61,032 nt of DNA. Origin: Ginglymostoma cirratum (taxonomy: Eukaryota). The stretch covers positions 2,463,456-2,524,487 of the forward strand of contig JAHRHZ010000085.1 of assembly GCA_024137785.1 (NCBI GenBank), written 5' to 3'. Made by a program: the position numbers and the translations under genes. Shown piece by piece: positions 38,771 through 51,081 of the stretch (positions are counted from its first letter, which is position 1; every line of letters starts with the position of its first letter). The notes beneath the pieces are model-generated. The model saw only the letters and a program-made list of their open reading frames with translations, was not told where the DNA came from and searched no databases.

Positions 38771-39625
38771 CATAGAACATGAGAACATAAGACCTAGGAG
38801 CAGAAGTAGGCCATCTGGCCGCTCGAGCCTTCCCCGCCATTTAATAAGATCATGGTTGATCTTTTTGAGACTCAGCTCCACTTACCCGCCTACTCACCAT
38901 AACCTTTAATTCCTTTACTGTTCAAAAAATTTATCTAGCCTTGCCTTGAAAACATTCAGCGAAGTAGCTTCAACCACTTCACTGAGCAGGGAGTTCCACA
39001 GATTCACAACCTTTTGGGTGAAGAGGTTCCTCCTGACCTCAGTCCTACATCTGCTTCCCTTTATTTTGAGGCGATGCCCTCTAGTCCGAGCTTCACCTGT
39101 TAGTGGAAACAGCCTCCCTGCCCCCACCTTATCTATTCCCTTCATAATCTTATATGTTTCTTTAAAATCTCCCCTCATTCTTCTGAATTCCAGTGAGTAT
39201 AATCCTAACCCACTCAGTCTTTCCTCATAATCCAACCCTCTCAACTCTGGAATCGACCGAGTGAATCCCCTCTGCAACCCCTCCAGTGCTAGTATATCTC
39301 TTCTCAAGTAAGGAGACCAAAACTGCGCACAGTACTCCAGGTGTGGCCTCATCAGGACTCTATACAGCTGCAGCATAACCTCCCTATTTTTAAACTCCAT
39401 CCCTCTAGCAATGGCGGACAAAACTCCATTTGCCTTTTTAATGACCTGCTGCACCTGCAATCCTACTGTTAGCGATTCATGCACAAGGACACCGAAGTCC
39501 CTCTGCACAGCAGAGTGCTGCTATTTTTTATCATTTAAAACGTAGTCCATTTTCCTGTTATTCCTACCAAAATGGATGACCTCACACTTATCAACATTGT
39601 ATTCCATCTGCCAGACCTTTGCCCA
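38771..39625 (-). mobile_element. CR1 3' fragment inserted into the ERV pro-pol region
   Basis: 197 aa ORF with RPHLEYCAQFWSPYLRRDILALEG. Confidence 0.93.
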
Positions 39626-40318
39626 GTAACAATTGCCGTTAAAAATTCGTGAAGGAATGGCATGTATTGGGGTTCCCACTCAGCTTTCCCAACGACCATA
39701 TTCATACCTCATGCATCAAAAAAAGACTTTCCTACTGGGGTTCATATTTCCATCCCCCTCACAACATCCATCCCTAAAATATCTTCATTTATGCTGCATA
39801 TTAACACAGATACCATCCGCGGTGATCTATTCCCAAATGCCAACCGCACCAGTGCCGACAACCGCCGGTTTTTCCCGTCTCTTAAATCTATTGATAGTCA
39901 TTTTAGTTCCCACATGTCTGGGTCAAATCAAGCAAGACCACAATATGCTGTTTATCTCCATTTTTCCGATGAACTGTGTTATGGATGTATGGCCTCTGGA
40001 CGTCTGAGTTGACTCCCCTTTTAGTCACAGCTCAGTGTCCCTGCCACCTTCCCAGTCTAGGGGATTTTTCACGCTCCACATCTGCTCCAGTTCCTCCAAC
40101 GTGGGGTCCAGAAGGAAATCTGATTTTTTTTTGGGAAGGGCCATCTAAATCAGAATTGGTGTCTCACACCATGGGAGGGGTCGATTACCCGTTGGCCTCT
40201 TACCGGATTACAAATCTTCCAGAGGGAACATAGATCACTGGTGATGATACCATGCATTTTCAGTCTATATCAGACCTGTCTGTGCCTGTCTTCCATACAG
40301 CAGTAAACATCTCATTTT

Positions 40319-40490
40319 ATAGACAAAGGGAACTGCAGGTGCTGGAGAATCTGAGATAACAAGGTGCAGAGCTGGATGAATACAGCAGGCCATTTCTGAA
40401 GCATTTTCTGAAGGGTCGACTCCCGAAACGTCAGCTTTCCTGCGCCTCTGATGCTGCTTTGTTAATCCAGCACGACACCTTGGTATCGCA
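40319..40490. mobile_element. Penelope-derived fold-back repeat inside the ERV
   Basis: gggaactgcaggtgctggagaatc arm plus ctgaagggtcgactcccgaaacgtc arm. Confidence 0.7.
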
Positions 40491-40864
40491 GGAAGGCTGA
40501 CGGGTTATCCAAGCTCCCAGTGCCCTGCTTTCTGACCGAATATTTTTCCCAGATCCTGCAATTCTGTCAGTGGGTAATCCCGGACAACGCGAGCATGCTG
40601 TGGGGAGCCTGCTGGCCGTGGCCCTTAGATGTATTAGTTACTAACGGGCGCGCTAAGGGCCACATTATCACCATTAGAGAGTCCTTCCCCATCGGTCCCC
40701 TCGTACTTCAAATCGGACGAATATCACTCCCAGCGATAGGAGACCAGCTGAAGTTAATAAAAAGGGCACTTCAGCTGGATTCACTTTCCAGTTTGTTTTT
40801 TTTTCCGGCTCGCCCGCTTTTTGCGCTGCAATGTGGCCAATTTGCAGGTTATACAGTTTGACTG

Positions 40865-41140
40865 TCTGTTCTTACCAGTCCGGCAGTTAGACACACCATT
40901 GCCCTGCCCTTCTCACATTCCGATCACTTAATCTGCTCTGTCAACATCCTTTCTCCCTCAGCATTCCCACTCCCCAACCAACGTCCATTGTATAAATGGT
41001 GCCCCCTCCAGACTTCGCCAGCTCTGAGGAAGTGTCGTCTCGCCCCGAAACGTGAGCTTGCTCTCTCTCCATGGAAGCTGCCTGACCCTCTGTGATTCCC
41101 AGTACTTTTTGTTTTTGTTGCAGGCTGCGCTAGTCTGCTT
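40865..41140 (+). mobile_element. Penelope-derived repeat inside the ERV
   Basis: ctctgaggaagtgtcgtctcgccccgaaacgtgagcttgctctctctccatgg; related to the outer element at 46572-47310. Confidence 0.6.
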
Positions 41141-42664
41141 CTACTCGGCTTTATCTGCTCTTTCCTGAGTGGTCCAAGCCGCCCTCGCCAGCGCAGCGGT
41201 CAACGTCCCATTCGCCTACTTTAAATCTCGCACTTCCCGGGGCAGTATACGGGAGTCCGCTCAGCAGGATCCACCCATGTGGGTGACGCCGTTGGTTTGC
41301 TTTGGGAAACCTACTTCCCGCAGACAGCCTTTCATGGCGCCAAGTAATCCCTTGGGATTCTGCTCCTAATCCCTTTCCCAAAACTAAGTGGTCCTGCCAC
41401 AGACAACCGGTCACTAACACACGGAACCAATTATTCCAGGACCATGCCGGGACACAGAATGCTTCCACAGCCAAAGTAGCCTTCATTTTCGTCAACGTTT
41501 TGCTCAGACCCTGCACGTAGCACCAAATGGTTCGGCTGAAAGTACCCAACTGGCTCTTTAAATTCTGGTCACAATGATTACTAGTGTACTTCAGTATGTA
41601 TAACTTTTTGGGTTAAAACGCTTTACATATCTGAATTACAAGTCTGAGTTTACACTACACAGATATATTGAAGCTAACCGGTGACGTTAACTAACTGAGA
41701 TATGTATTAAACATGTAAGTTTCACACCACCTTTCCGCTCCCCGGGGACTTTGGCGATGGCGGGACTTGGAGCTGTATCTCCAATTCCACGGCACCCGTC
41801 TCACGCCCAATAGTGAAAGTAGAAATGAGTGGGGCACAGTCCCAGATATTAAAACTGCTCTGAATAAAATGTTACACGCTGTTTCACGATTCGCTCGTAT
41901 TTTCAGTGCTTTCCCACGAATTCCACTGTGTAAAAACAGGTTAAAAACACTTTCAAATTCGTTCCTTTTTAACTGCATAATATTGTGTTTCCGTCCAAGC
42001 CAAGAGACGCTGTTTTGCAGTAACTTTGTCATTTTCCACTTGTCTTCACTTGCACATTGTCATGTCCAACTACCCAGAACGAATCACTCGAATGTTCTGT
42101 TTTGGAGACATCTTTAACCCCAACACTACACCTGAATGTCGCGCCGCAACCAGAACTACACACAGTACTCCCCTGTGAGCAAACTAAAGGCCCATTGTAA
42201 AACTCCAGTGTAATCTCTCTCCTTTTATAATCTACCCCACTCCAGATGAAAGCATATGCCCTGCATGTTTCTTAACCATCCTATTAACTTGCCCTGCCAC
42301 CTTCAGTGATCTGTAAACAAGAAGTCCAAGATCTGCCTGCTCCTCTGAAATTCCTGGTGTCTTGCCGTTCATTGGGCAGTCCCTTGTGTTGTTATTTCTT
42401 CTAAAGTTCATTGATTATCTTCTAATACATTCAGAAACCAACATAGCCCAAGGTGAATGTCCCCATTAATCATAATAGAAACACAGTTTGGTCGATTTTT
42501 TTTGTATTCATTGAATGTGGTATTTTCTGAGAGGACACTTATTGTCTGTACCTCATTGCCAAGAGAGCAGTTAACAACGATCCAATTTGCAGTTAGTCGC
42601 ATGCAGGACAGTTAACAATGGTAGAATAACTTCCAAAAGGACATTAAGTTAACTACGTGGTGTT

Positions 42665-43805
42665 AGAGTCATAGAGATGAACAGCATGGAAACAGACCTT
42701 CATTCCACCTTATCCATGCCTACCAGATATCCTCAATTAAGCTATTCCATTTACCAACATTTGGTCCATATCCCTCCAAACCCCTTCCGATTCATACATC
42801 CATTCAGATGCCTTTTAAATGTTGTAATCGTACCAGCCTCTACCATTTCCTCTGGAAGTTCATTCCAGACACAGAACACCCCGTAGATCACTTTTAAATT
42901 GTATGCCTGTCACCTTACACCTATGCCCTCTAGTTTTGGAATCCCCTACCCAGGGGAAAAAATTGATTATTCACCCTATCCATGGCCTATGATTTTATAA
43001 ACCTGCATATTTTATAAACCTATATAAAGTCACCTCTCAGCCTCTGACACTCCAGAGAAAATAAGTCTAGACTATTCAGTGTCGCCCAATTGCTCAAACT
43101 CTCCAACTACAGCAACATCCTTGTAAATCTTTTCTGAACCCTTTCAAGTTTAACAACATCTTTCCTACAGTAAGGAGATCAGTGTTTTTAAGACAAACAC
43201 TGTTACAGGTTTTTGTTGAATTCAAATTTCACCATCTAGTTCTAGTTGCTCGACTATAGAAAGGATATTATTAAACGAAATGGAGTGCAGACAAGATTTC
43301 CTAGGATATTATCTGGACTTGAAAATTAAGGAGAAGCTGGATCGGATGGGACTTTTTTTCTCTGGACCGTAGAGACTGAAGGGTGACCTTATAAAGGTCT
43401 GTAAAATCATGAGAGGCAGATTTGAGCAGATAGCCAACAGCTTTTCCCCATGGTAGGGGAGTCTAAGACTAGAGGGAACAGGATTAAAGTAAGACGACAG
43501 AGATACAAAAGAGTCCAGAGGAGCAATTTTTCACAAAGAGGGTGGTGAGTGTCTGGAACAGTCTGCCAGAGATGATGGTGGGGGCGAGTACAATTTTGTC
43601 ATTTAAGAAACATTTGCCCAGGTGCATGGATAGGTTGGGTCGAACATTGAACATAGAAAATTACAACGCAGTACAGCCCCTTCGGGGGTTTGGAGGGATA
43701 TGGACCAAATGTAGGCAAATGGGACAAGAGTAATTGTGAAAACTGGGCGGCATGGACAAGAACGGCGAAGGGCGTGTTTCCGTGCTGTCAACCTCTATAA
43801 CTCTA
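42665..43805. mobile_element. Two CR1 3' fragments (minus 42665-43180, plus 43245-43805)
   Basis: CR1 3' UTR and ORF2-end motifs on both strands (RVVSVWNSLPEM). Confidence 0.75.
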
Positions 43806-44364
43806 TGATATAGATCCACACATACAGTAGCTCCCGTTTATTTCCCCAATTCGTCAGAATGCCACATACTTGATTCAATATGAAACACAGAGTCAGAGCT
43901 GATTGGGTTGTAGCTGCAGAGAGATTCAAATTATTTCAACTGAAGTTTGCCTCCACAGAAAACTCAAGCAAATCTGACGGCAGGTTCCATTATATACTTT
44001 TTCAGACAACAATCTGTCTGCAATTCAATTAAATTCCCAACAAACAATTTAGTATTTTGCCACATAGCTGAGAGAACTGAATGCTTCGTGCAATTAGCAC
44101 TATTTCCGCATTAATTTTAAATGTGCTATTAGTTGAGGTACTTTTGTCATTTACCCATTTCTCTAAGTTCCAGACATTTTGCTTCTGGCTGCAAACGGAT
44201 CAGTTGAACAATGAGACAAGAGAATTGAAATGCTGTGACTTTATGGACTATATTTATCACATGTGTAAGGCAGTACAATTGAAAATGACAGACGTGACAT
44301 TTAAACCTGTGCATTTTCAGTTTCTGTTGCAATTCCTAATTTTGAATTTATATTAACATTACAG

Positions 44365-44478
44365 ATTTTGCCTTTGAAATCAGTGTTCCTATGGCTGCCG
44401 GTTGCGCGGCTCGTGCACTTGCAATTCTGATATTGACCTTGATGATTGCCAAGGGTTTTCTGTTCTTTATCTCCAAAG
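44365..44478 (+). CDS. Gene B transmembrane exon DFAFEISVPMAAGCAARALAILILTLMIAKGFLFFISK
   Basis: Acceptor attacag|, donor aaa g|gtatga, 114 nt, phase 1-1, compatible with the C1 exon; hydrophobic stretch containing Arg and Lys. Confidence 0.82.
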
Positions 44479-44905
44479 GTATGAACAGGATAGAAATGTC
44501 TATCTGAAATTAACTTAATTGCGAGCTGAATTTCTGAACTGGACAATTTAAATAAATATTTTATGTGAAACCTCTTTCAAATCTTGACATTGCTTCTCAT
44601 CAAATATAAAACAAAAAGATTTGAAGTTTCGCTTTGTGAACTATATCAGTGTAGGTCAAAATTGTATTGCTGAAATTCATTGGTGTCAGAAGTTTCTGTA
44701 GCTTCAATCATGAAAACATAAATTCAAAGCATCTGCGTGTAACATGTAGAGCTGTATTGCAAAACTGTGTTTCCTATTGTACCCTGTTTACAAATATTGA
44801 ATAGCAGTCAAATTGCTTTTGGTTTCTTTGGTTTGCCGATGAGTGCAAATATCAGCCTTTTTTGTTGCTGACTAATAACATTTTTATTTCTCTAATGGGG
44901 GAAAG

Positions 44906-44941
44906 AAAACATCAATAAATTGAACTCAGCGTGAAGATGAG
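44906..44941 (+). pseudogene. Gene B short cytoplasmic exon, damaged (+1 nt, weak acceptor); reads ENINKLNSA*
   Basis: Homologous to 671-705 but 36 vs 35 nt; stops in all three frames; donor gag|gtgagg retained. Confidence 0.7.
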
Positions 44942-46571
44942 GTGAGGCAAATTTCCTTCATTCTATTTATTTTAATTTTCAAGGCTAATTGAACAATTTA
45001 AGCTGGGAACACAAATATATATTTCTAACATGTCAAGGTGAGTCTTGAACATTTCATCAGCTCTCAAAAACACAACATCAGCTGAATGAAAACACAATAA
45101 AGAAAATCGAAAGTGGTAGGAAGTTTCATGAACTGTTCCAACTGTTTAAATCATCAAACATAGTTGTGAAATAGCTTTGATTTTTGTTTTCATTCGCATT
45201 TACCAAGTGACAGTGCGCTGAATAATTTTGCCATGTTGATTACAGACATGAAAATCAAAGTTGATTCCATTAGGCTGATGACTGTTTTGAATGGTAGGTT
45301 TCCAGGTGCAAATAGAGATGATTATTCCCTCCTTCTTTTCTGCACTGTTTAAATTCACTCAGCATTAGTCTGAGTTCAGTGATTATGTCTGACTTCTACT
45401 GAGGAACAGTTTGCACAAGTTGGCTTCCTGAGAAAGCTTTTACTGTTGGCTGTCTCTCTGCTAGTGCAGCGTGCTGCAGCACCATGCAATCTTGGAAAAC
45501 AAACAGACGAGCTGTTGTGCTGCAAACTTCTCTGATTTTTAATTTTCGACATGTAGATATCAGTGATATATGAGAGGCACATCCCTATCTGTGGCACCTG
45601 AAAAGGAGCGGGTGGCGCTTATCCAGGAATAACTGATAATAGTTTGGAAAAACTTGAAGTCTTTAGTTGGCTACTACAGAGGGCACAATGCTATTACACA
45701 TATTTTATGCTTGACTACAGTTGAATACAGCGCAGGCCAGCAGTTTTGATCTGTTTAAATGCGTTTTAAAGCAGTTGAAGCCTTTCTATCAATTGAACTG
45801 CTTTATTATCTCAGTTTCAGTCTTGGACCTGAATTTGATCTTTTTTTTAAAAAAATCATTCTCCTTCCTTGAGTATAATACAACAAAAAGTACCCTCATC
45901 TTTCATTGCATCCGGTGCCTGCAACTCCCTCCCTGACAACAATGTTGGAGTGCAGTCAGTCAAGAAAGCTGGTGTGTTGCTGGACTCTAAATAGTAAATG
46001 ATTATTGGCATCAAATACTGGTCTTGCCACTGAGGCTCACATACTATTAAAAATAGTACTTCGGGCAGAATAGACCCACTCACTGCAGGCGCAGCAAAAA
46101 TTAAATTCCTTTCCTGGGGGTCTTCAGAAAATTACTTCAAACTCTTTACTCCATCACTGCACGTCTTTCTGTGAAATGTTGCAGCTGATACTGTTGTAGG
46201 TCACAGAATAAAGTTCTCTGATGGCCAGGTGCGATGCTTTGCCTGTGTTTTAATGTTTTATGAGCAATGGATCAGATGGAAAGATGGAACAAAATTATCT
46301 ATGATTGAGAAATGCTTCACAGAAGACCAAAGAGTCCATTTCAGAACACTGAAATATTGTGGCTTGCGTTTTCGACCAAAGTCACATTTTTACATTGTCA
46401 CTCACCAGACCATATTCCTCCCCAAATAGTTGACATATTTTCTGACTTAAAACATCAATAATTTACTTTAAACATCCTGTCTGGCATCACCCATACCTTG
46501 CAACTCCTTTGACAGTGTGCTGTACCTTTGTCTTCACTTCACACTTTAACACCTTTATTTATTACTGTTTT

Positions 46572-47310
46572 GATGCTGGAATCTGTGCTGAAACAACAAA
46601 TGCTGGAGATCACAGGGGGTCAGACTGCATCCATGGAGAGAGAGCAAGCTAGCAGAGCTGTGATGAAGAGTCATCTAGTCTGGAAACATTGTATCGGAGA
46701 TAAAAGGTACTGCAGATGCTGGAGAATCCGAGATAACAAGCATGGGGGCTGGATGAACACAGCAGGTCAAGCAGCATCATAGGAGCAGGAAAACTTGACG
46801 TTTCGGGCCTAAACCCTTCATCAGAAATGGGGGAGGGGAAGAGTGTTCTGAAATAAATAGGGAGAGAGGGGGAGGTGGATAGAGGATGGATAGAGGAGAG
46901 GATAGGTGGAGAGGAGGCAGCCTATCGACTAACATCATCCCGCCCCCTTGACCTGTCCGTCCTCCCTAGACTGACCTATCTCCTCCCTACCCCCCTACCT
47001 ACACTCACCTTTAATGGCTCCATCCCCGCCTCTTCGACTTGTCTGCCTCCTCTCCACCTATCCTCTCCTCTATCCATCCTCTATCCGCCTCCCCCTCTCT
47101 CCCTATTTATTTCAGAACCCTCTTCCCCTCCCCCATTTCTGATGAAGGGTTTAGGCCCGAAACATCAAGTTTTCCTGCTCCTATGATGCTGCTTGACCTG
47201 CTGTGTTCATCCAGCCCCATGCTTGTTGTCTGGAAACATTACCTTGCTCTCTGTCTCCATGGGAGTTGTGTGACCCGCTTTCATCTCCAGCATTTGTTGT
47301 TTTCAGTACA
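46572..47310. mobile_element. Older Penelope-derived fold-back repeat with a younger one nested at 46691-47227 (13 bp TSD)
   Basis: gtctggaaacatt at 46678-46690 and 47228-47240; hammerhead cores at 46797-46824 (-) and 47139-47166 (+). Confidence 0.88.
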
Positions 47311-47398
47311 ACAAATAATTGTTCATGTTAAGAACATACACTTGTCTCTTTACTCCAAAAACAAAATAACCAAATGATATTAAATCTTGGCTTTCGAG

Positions 47399-47507
47399 AG
47401 AAAAGGTCAGTTGCCTGACGATAAGCTGCAATATGCTGCTCTTGATCAAGTTGGTTCTGAGCCTGGCATAATGTCAAAACAACAGAAAGAAATCACAATC
47501 TATAGAG
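47399..47507 (+). pseudogene. Gene B ITIM exon, damaged: RKGQLPDDKLQYAALDQVGSEPGIMSKQQKEITIY then frameshift
   Basis: Aligns to 5050-5160; acceptor tttcgag instead of tttccag; 109 vs 111 nt (tat-a-gag vs tat-gca-gag). Confidence 0.8.
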
Positions 47508-47649
47508 GTATATTTAAGGTCATATAAGTATATAATAAGTTCATTCATTATAATCAGTTGATCTTGAGATGGCATTTAACCATCTTTGTGTAATTTTCAT
47601 CGAGAATGATTTAAATGAATGGTAATTCAGTGTCAATGTTGTTTTTCAG

Positions 47650-47778
47650 ACAAAAAACTGCATGACAGACACCAGGCCGACTTCCCTTGCTCTGAAATTC
47701 AATGATTCTAGGACATCATCAAAACCCAAATGCCAAGAAAATAGTCCAGTTTATGCAGCGGTAAAAAGCAGCCACTGA
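47650..47778 (+). pseudogene. Gene B terminal exon TKNCMTDTRPTSLALKFNDSRTSSKPKCQENSPVYAAVKSSH* (ITIM Tyr lost; now out of frame)
   Basis: Acceptor ttttcag|; same length as 5300-5428; LTYAAL corresponds to PTSLAL, PLYAAV to PVYAAV. Confidence 0.8.
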
Positions 47779-49059
47779 ACTGGGAAAACAAAAATATGCT
47801 TAAAAGATCGAAGTGCAGAGTGTATCACAGAGATGTTTACACTTCTTATTAATTTTAAGCTGTTATTTTTCTCATATAAAGCCTATCATAATTTTGCAAA
47901 CATTTGGATGAATCTCTTCCCTTGGAGTATTGTCACCTGGATCCAATTCATTTCAGCCTTAAATTTCATGCAACAGGTACGACTAAAAATCGCACTTCAA
48001 TTATTTCTAACTCTCAATGATCTCCTTACTCCCTTTAAATCTGCATGAAGTTTGACATAACAGTCTTTTAGATTATTATTGAGTGTATTTCTCTGTGTTT
48101 ATGTGTCGTGAGATATTCATCATTAATTCTGCTTGAACTGGCAACATGGGGCGATGGTGATATTTACTTTCCCTTTCTCCAGTTCGACATTTTGACCTGG
48201 AAATAGTGGGCTTTACTGTGGCAAATGTTTATCAGGTTTCTGTTGGATAACTGTCCTAATTTTTTTTTTATTTTCAACTGTCTTTTCTCACATGAATTGA
48301 TAACTTCATGCTGCTTTCATTGTGGCAGTAGTATTAATCCTGTTAGTCCTCTTACTGTTACTGTGTCATTGTTTGTGTTGATTTTTCCATATCAAGAAAC
48401 CTAATGAGATCCAAGTGCTAATCTGTCTCATATTTTGATGGTTCATTTTGCTGAGGTAATTTGCTTATGTTAATAATTGGCAGTTTCTTCTTCAAATTTG
48501 GATTCAATGTAGAGTGGCACTGTGCCCAAGACAGTGCAGACTGATGCGCCATCCTTGTTCCCCCATTGATTAGCATTGCACTCTCATTGTAATATGGTAT
48601 CGTAGCTGAAGGTGACATGACTCATGAATGTTTCTGAATATGAAAATGTATTCTTTATTGATGTGGGAATGAAATTAGAGAAAAAAAGTCAATTTACATT
48701 TGAACAAATCTTGTTGATATATGCCTAAGCAATTCTTTCAATACATTTGTATATTCTGTTCTCAGAATTGGCATGTAACTGATACAGACTCCAAATAAAG
48801 TAGAATGCTTCACCAATTATATTTTGAAAAATTCTACAGACTCCATTAATCAGGAAAATATAGCAATCTAATCTATCAATGTTGCTTCATTGTGTATTTG
48901 TGACTGATATGAATGCATTCTGTTACCTATCTATCAAAAGCTTACAAGTACAAAACTATAAAAATGAATTATCAGTCTGAAGAATTTTGAAAGTCTGCTT
49001 GGAAAGTTGTGAATAAGCTCGGTAGAGGCAACACAGATGATGTTGCTTGTTATCACAGA

Positions 49060-49530
49060 TGATGATAAATTCTGTTTGTCTTGTGGGAAATGATTGGACG
49101 GCTGCAAACAGGAACAGGTGGAGATGATTCCTTCAAAGGGAAAATCAAGAACGAGGGATCATTGTTTTAAAAAGAAAATCAGAGTTTGACCATTGAAAAC
49201 AGCGATAGACAATTTTTCTCTCACAGATGTCTGAGTCTTTGGAACACTCTTCATTAAAAGGGAAATAGAAGCAAGGTCGTTGAATATTTTAAAGTCCCAC
49301 GCTGATAGAGTCCAATGGAAGAAAGAGGTGAAAGATTATCAGCAGTGCCGTTTGAATGTAGGTTTGAGGTTTCAGTCAGATTCGTGATGACCTTGCTTGA
49401 AGAACTTTGTTGATTTGGTCTCCCAAATGGACTGCCTTCTCATACCAGTCATTTTATTGAATGTGCAGAATAACAGAGCAGGCTAGAGGAACTGATTGAC
49501 CCGCACTTGCTTCTAATTCCACTGTTCATA
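49060..49530 (+). mobile_element. Old CR1 3' fragment
   Basis: Decayed CR1 ORF2 end (gtctttggaacactctt...gttgaatattttaaag). Confidence 0.55.
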
Positions 49531-51081
49531 TGAAACTCCGCTGTTTTCCTCGTGTGTAAGTAAAAATATCAATAATGGAGAACTGGGGGAAATCATATGT
49601 TGTTTTGGATATTAAACAGCTGAACCATAAAGTTCCACAAAGGAGTTTATGAGGAACTAATAGCACTCAAGTGGGTATAGGGTGAATTTATAGCCATATC
49701 ATGAGCATAGCTTGGTTGTTTTTAAACTAAATTTGTTTGTAATTTTTCAGTTGCAAATATCTTATTGTTTTATGTTCTGTAACATTAATAGTGTTTCTTC
49801 CTGTGTCACATATAATATCAGTGAGCACCATGAACATAAATTCATTCTCTGAGGGTATAAAGTTAGCCAATGGGCAACAAACAGAAAGCAGATTTTTAAA
49901 GAAGGGTCATGTATGGCACTTTAGAGTCTAACTGGTGGGGTAAAGCAAAGTTCTGAGTTTGGACGTCAGCTATTTCAATTTGATGTCAGCTAAAATGGAA
50001 GGGACTTAGGGTAAGGTATTGACACTTGTGCACCATGAAATTACAGGAAACAAAGCAAGTGAATCAGTATTTAAGGCTGTGAATAGGACATCAAACCATG
50101 TAAACCATTTGTGCAAAAGTGTTGGTGTCAGGAGGCAGGCAGGAAGATGTTTATTCAAGCAAAAACCAGTTGATTCAGGGAGAGGGCCAAAGAATCTTCC
50201 CGAATCGGAAGGGAGATCAATGACACACTCTGATTTTTACAGTGAAAATACAGCATTTTACACATGCTCTGTAACAACTATCAAATACAGCGGACTCATG
50301 TCCTTCTTCCTTAATCCATGCACTCAATCCCTTGGACACCTAATCAACGATGGTCATTCCAATGGACAGCACCAGGTTCCCATGATCTTATGGCGTTTAC
50401 CAGACATTGTAATCTCTCGGCATTGGGATCTTCCTAAACGTCCTCTTCATTCACATTCCAAAGCTACTGGCTACACTCCTTCGGATCTGTCTCAGTCTTC
50501 TTATCACTTAAGTTCTATTATTCAGTGTATTACATAATTACCTGAGGCTAAGTCAATTTCACATGTAAATTGAAATGCTTTTCTTCTAATGCTTGTGTTA
50601 TACTTTTAATATATGTTAAAACTACTTTTGTGATTAAGGAATTTTTAACTAGAGTCTATTTAATATTGCACGTAGTTTCAAAATGCAGCTATTTACTCCA
50701 AAGTAACTTTAGCTGTCACTTTTTGCAGCTACTTAGGGAGTTAAAGGAAGTTAATCTAGCCGACTGTTCGGCTGAGACTCACACTTGGTCTTATTTGTTT
50801 CCTGGGACCATCATCCTTTCATTGGAGGCTGGGATTAGTTACTTATCCATCCTTAGGCACCTCCTTATCAGAACTGTCTTGGATGGTCGGTGGTAAGGCT
50901 CTTTTGCTGACCTTGGGATAGTCTTGTTCAAAGGTTCCAGTGTGTTTCAATTAAATACTAGCACATGCTTTCACATTTTGTTTCAATCCTTGTCGGCCAT
51001 TTCGTGCCTTTCAAACATGGGCCGCTTTGGTGCAAGCTGATACAGGTCACTTTGTATAGACAGGGACAGGTCACCCCTATA

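Larger units (their letters stand above)
36505..42130 (-). mobile_element. Old ERV-L-like (class III) endogenous retrovirus: LTR, gag?, pro, partial pol (RT), env remnant, LTR
   Basis: Diverged direct repeats ~36505-37108 and ~41573-42130 (both contain ggggactttggcgatggcgg). Minus strand: YNRLVWSIQKPGGNWRMTVNS*RLNQ, PDIVTLPEQL, GYMHNPTLCHGL, LYIDDILL, WEINPQKIQGP, LGY*RRHVPHL; protease-like AVVGTGA and ILGMD at ~39760-39870. Confidence 0.85.

Noticed and set aside
42435-42452. 18 nt micro-exon candidate (ttcag|aaaccaacatagcccaag|gtgaat) as a stalk exon of gene B
   Set aside because: Phase-compatible but too short to distinguish from chance without transcript data.
44081-44356. ORF MLRAISTISALILNVLLVEVLL as TM or signal peptide
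   Set aside because: No fitting splice sites; the phase-compatible TM exon is 44365-44478.
48307-48381. Hydrophobic AAFIVAVVLILLVLLLLLCHCLC on the plus strand
   Set aside because: Downstream of the gene B terminal exon with no convincing splice sites.
48168-48635. Minus-strand acceptor/donor-like sites as distal exons of locus C
   Set aside because: Translations show no homology to the TM or ITIM exons of genes A and B and contain stops.
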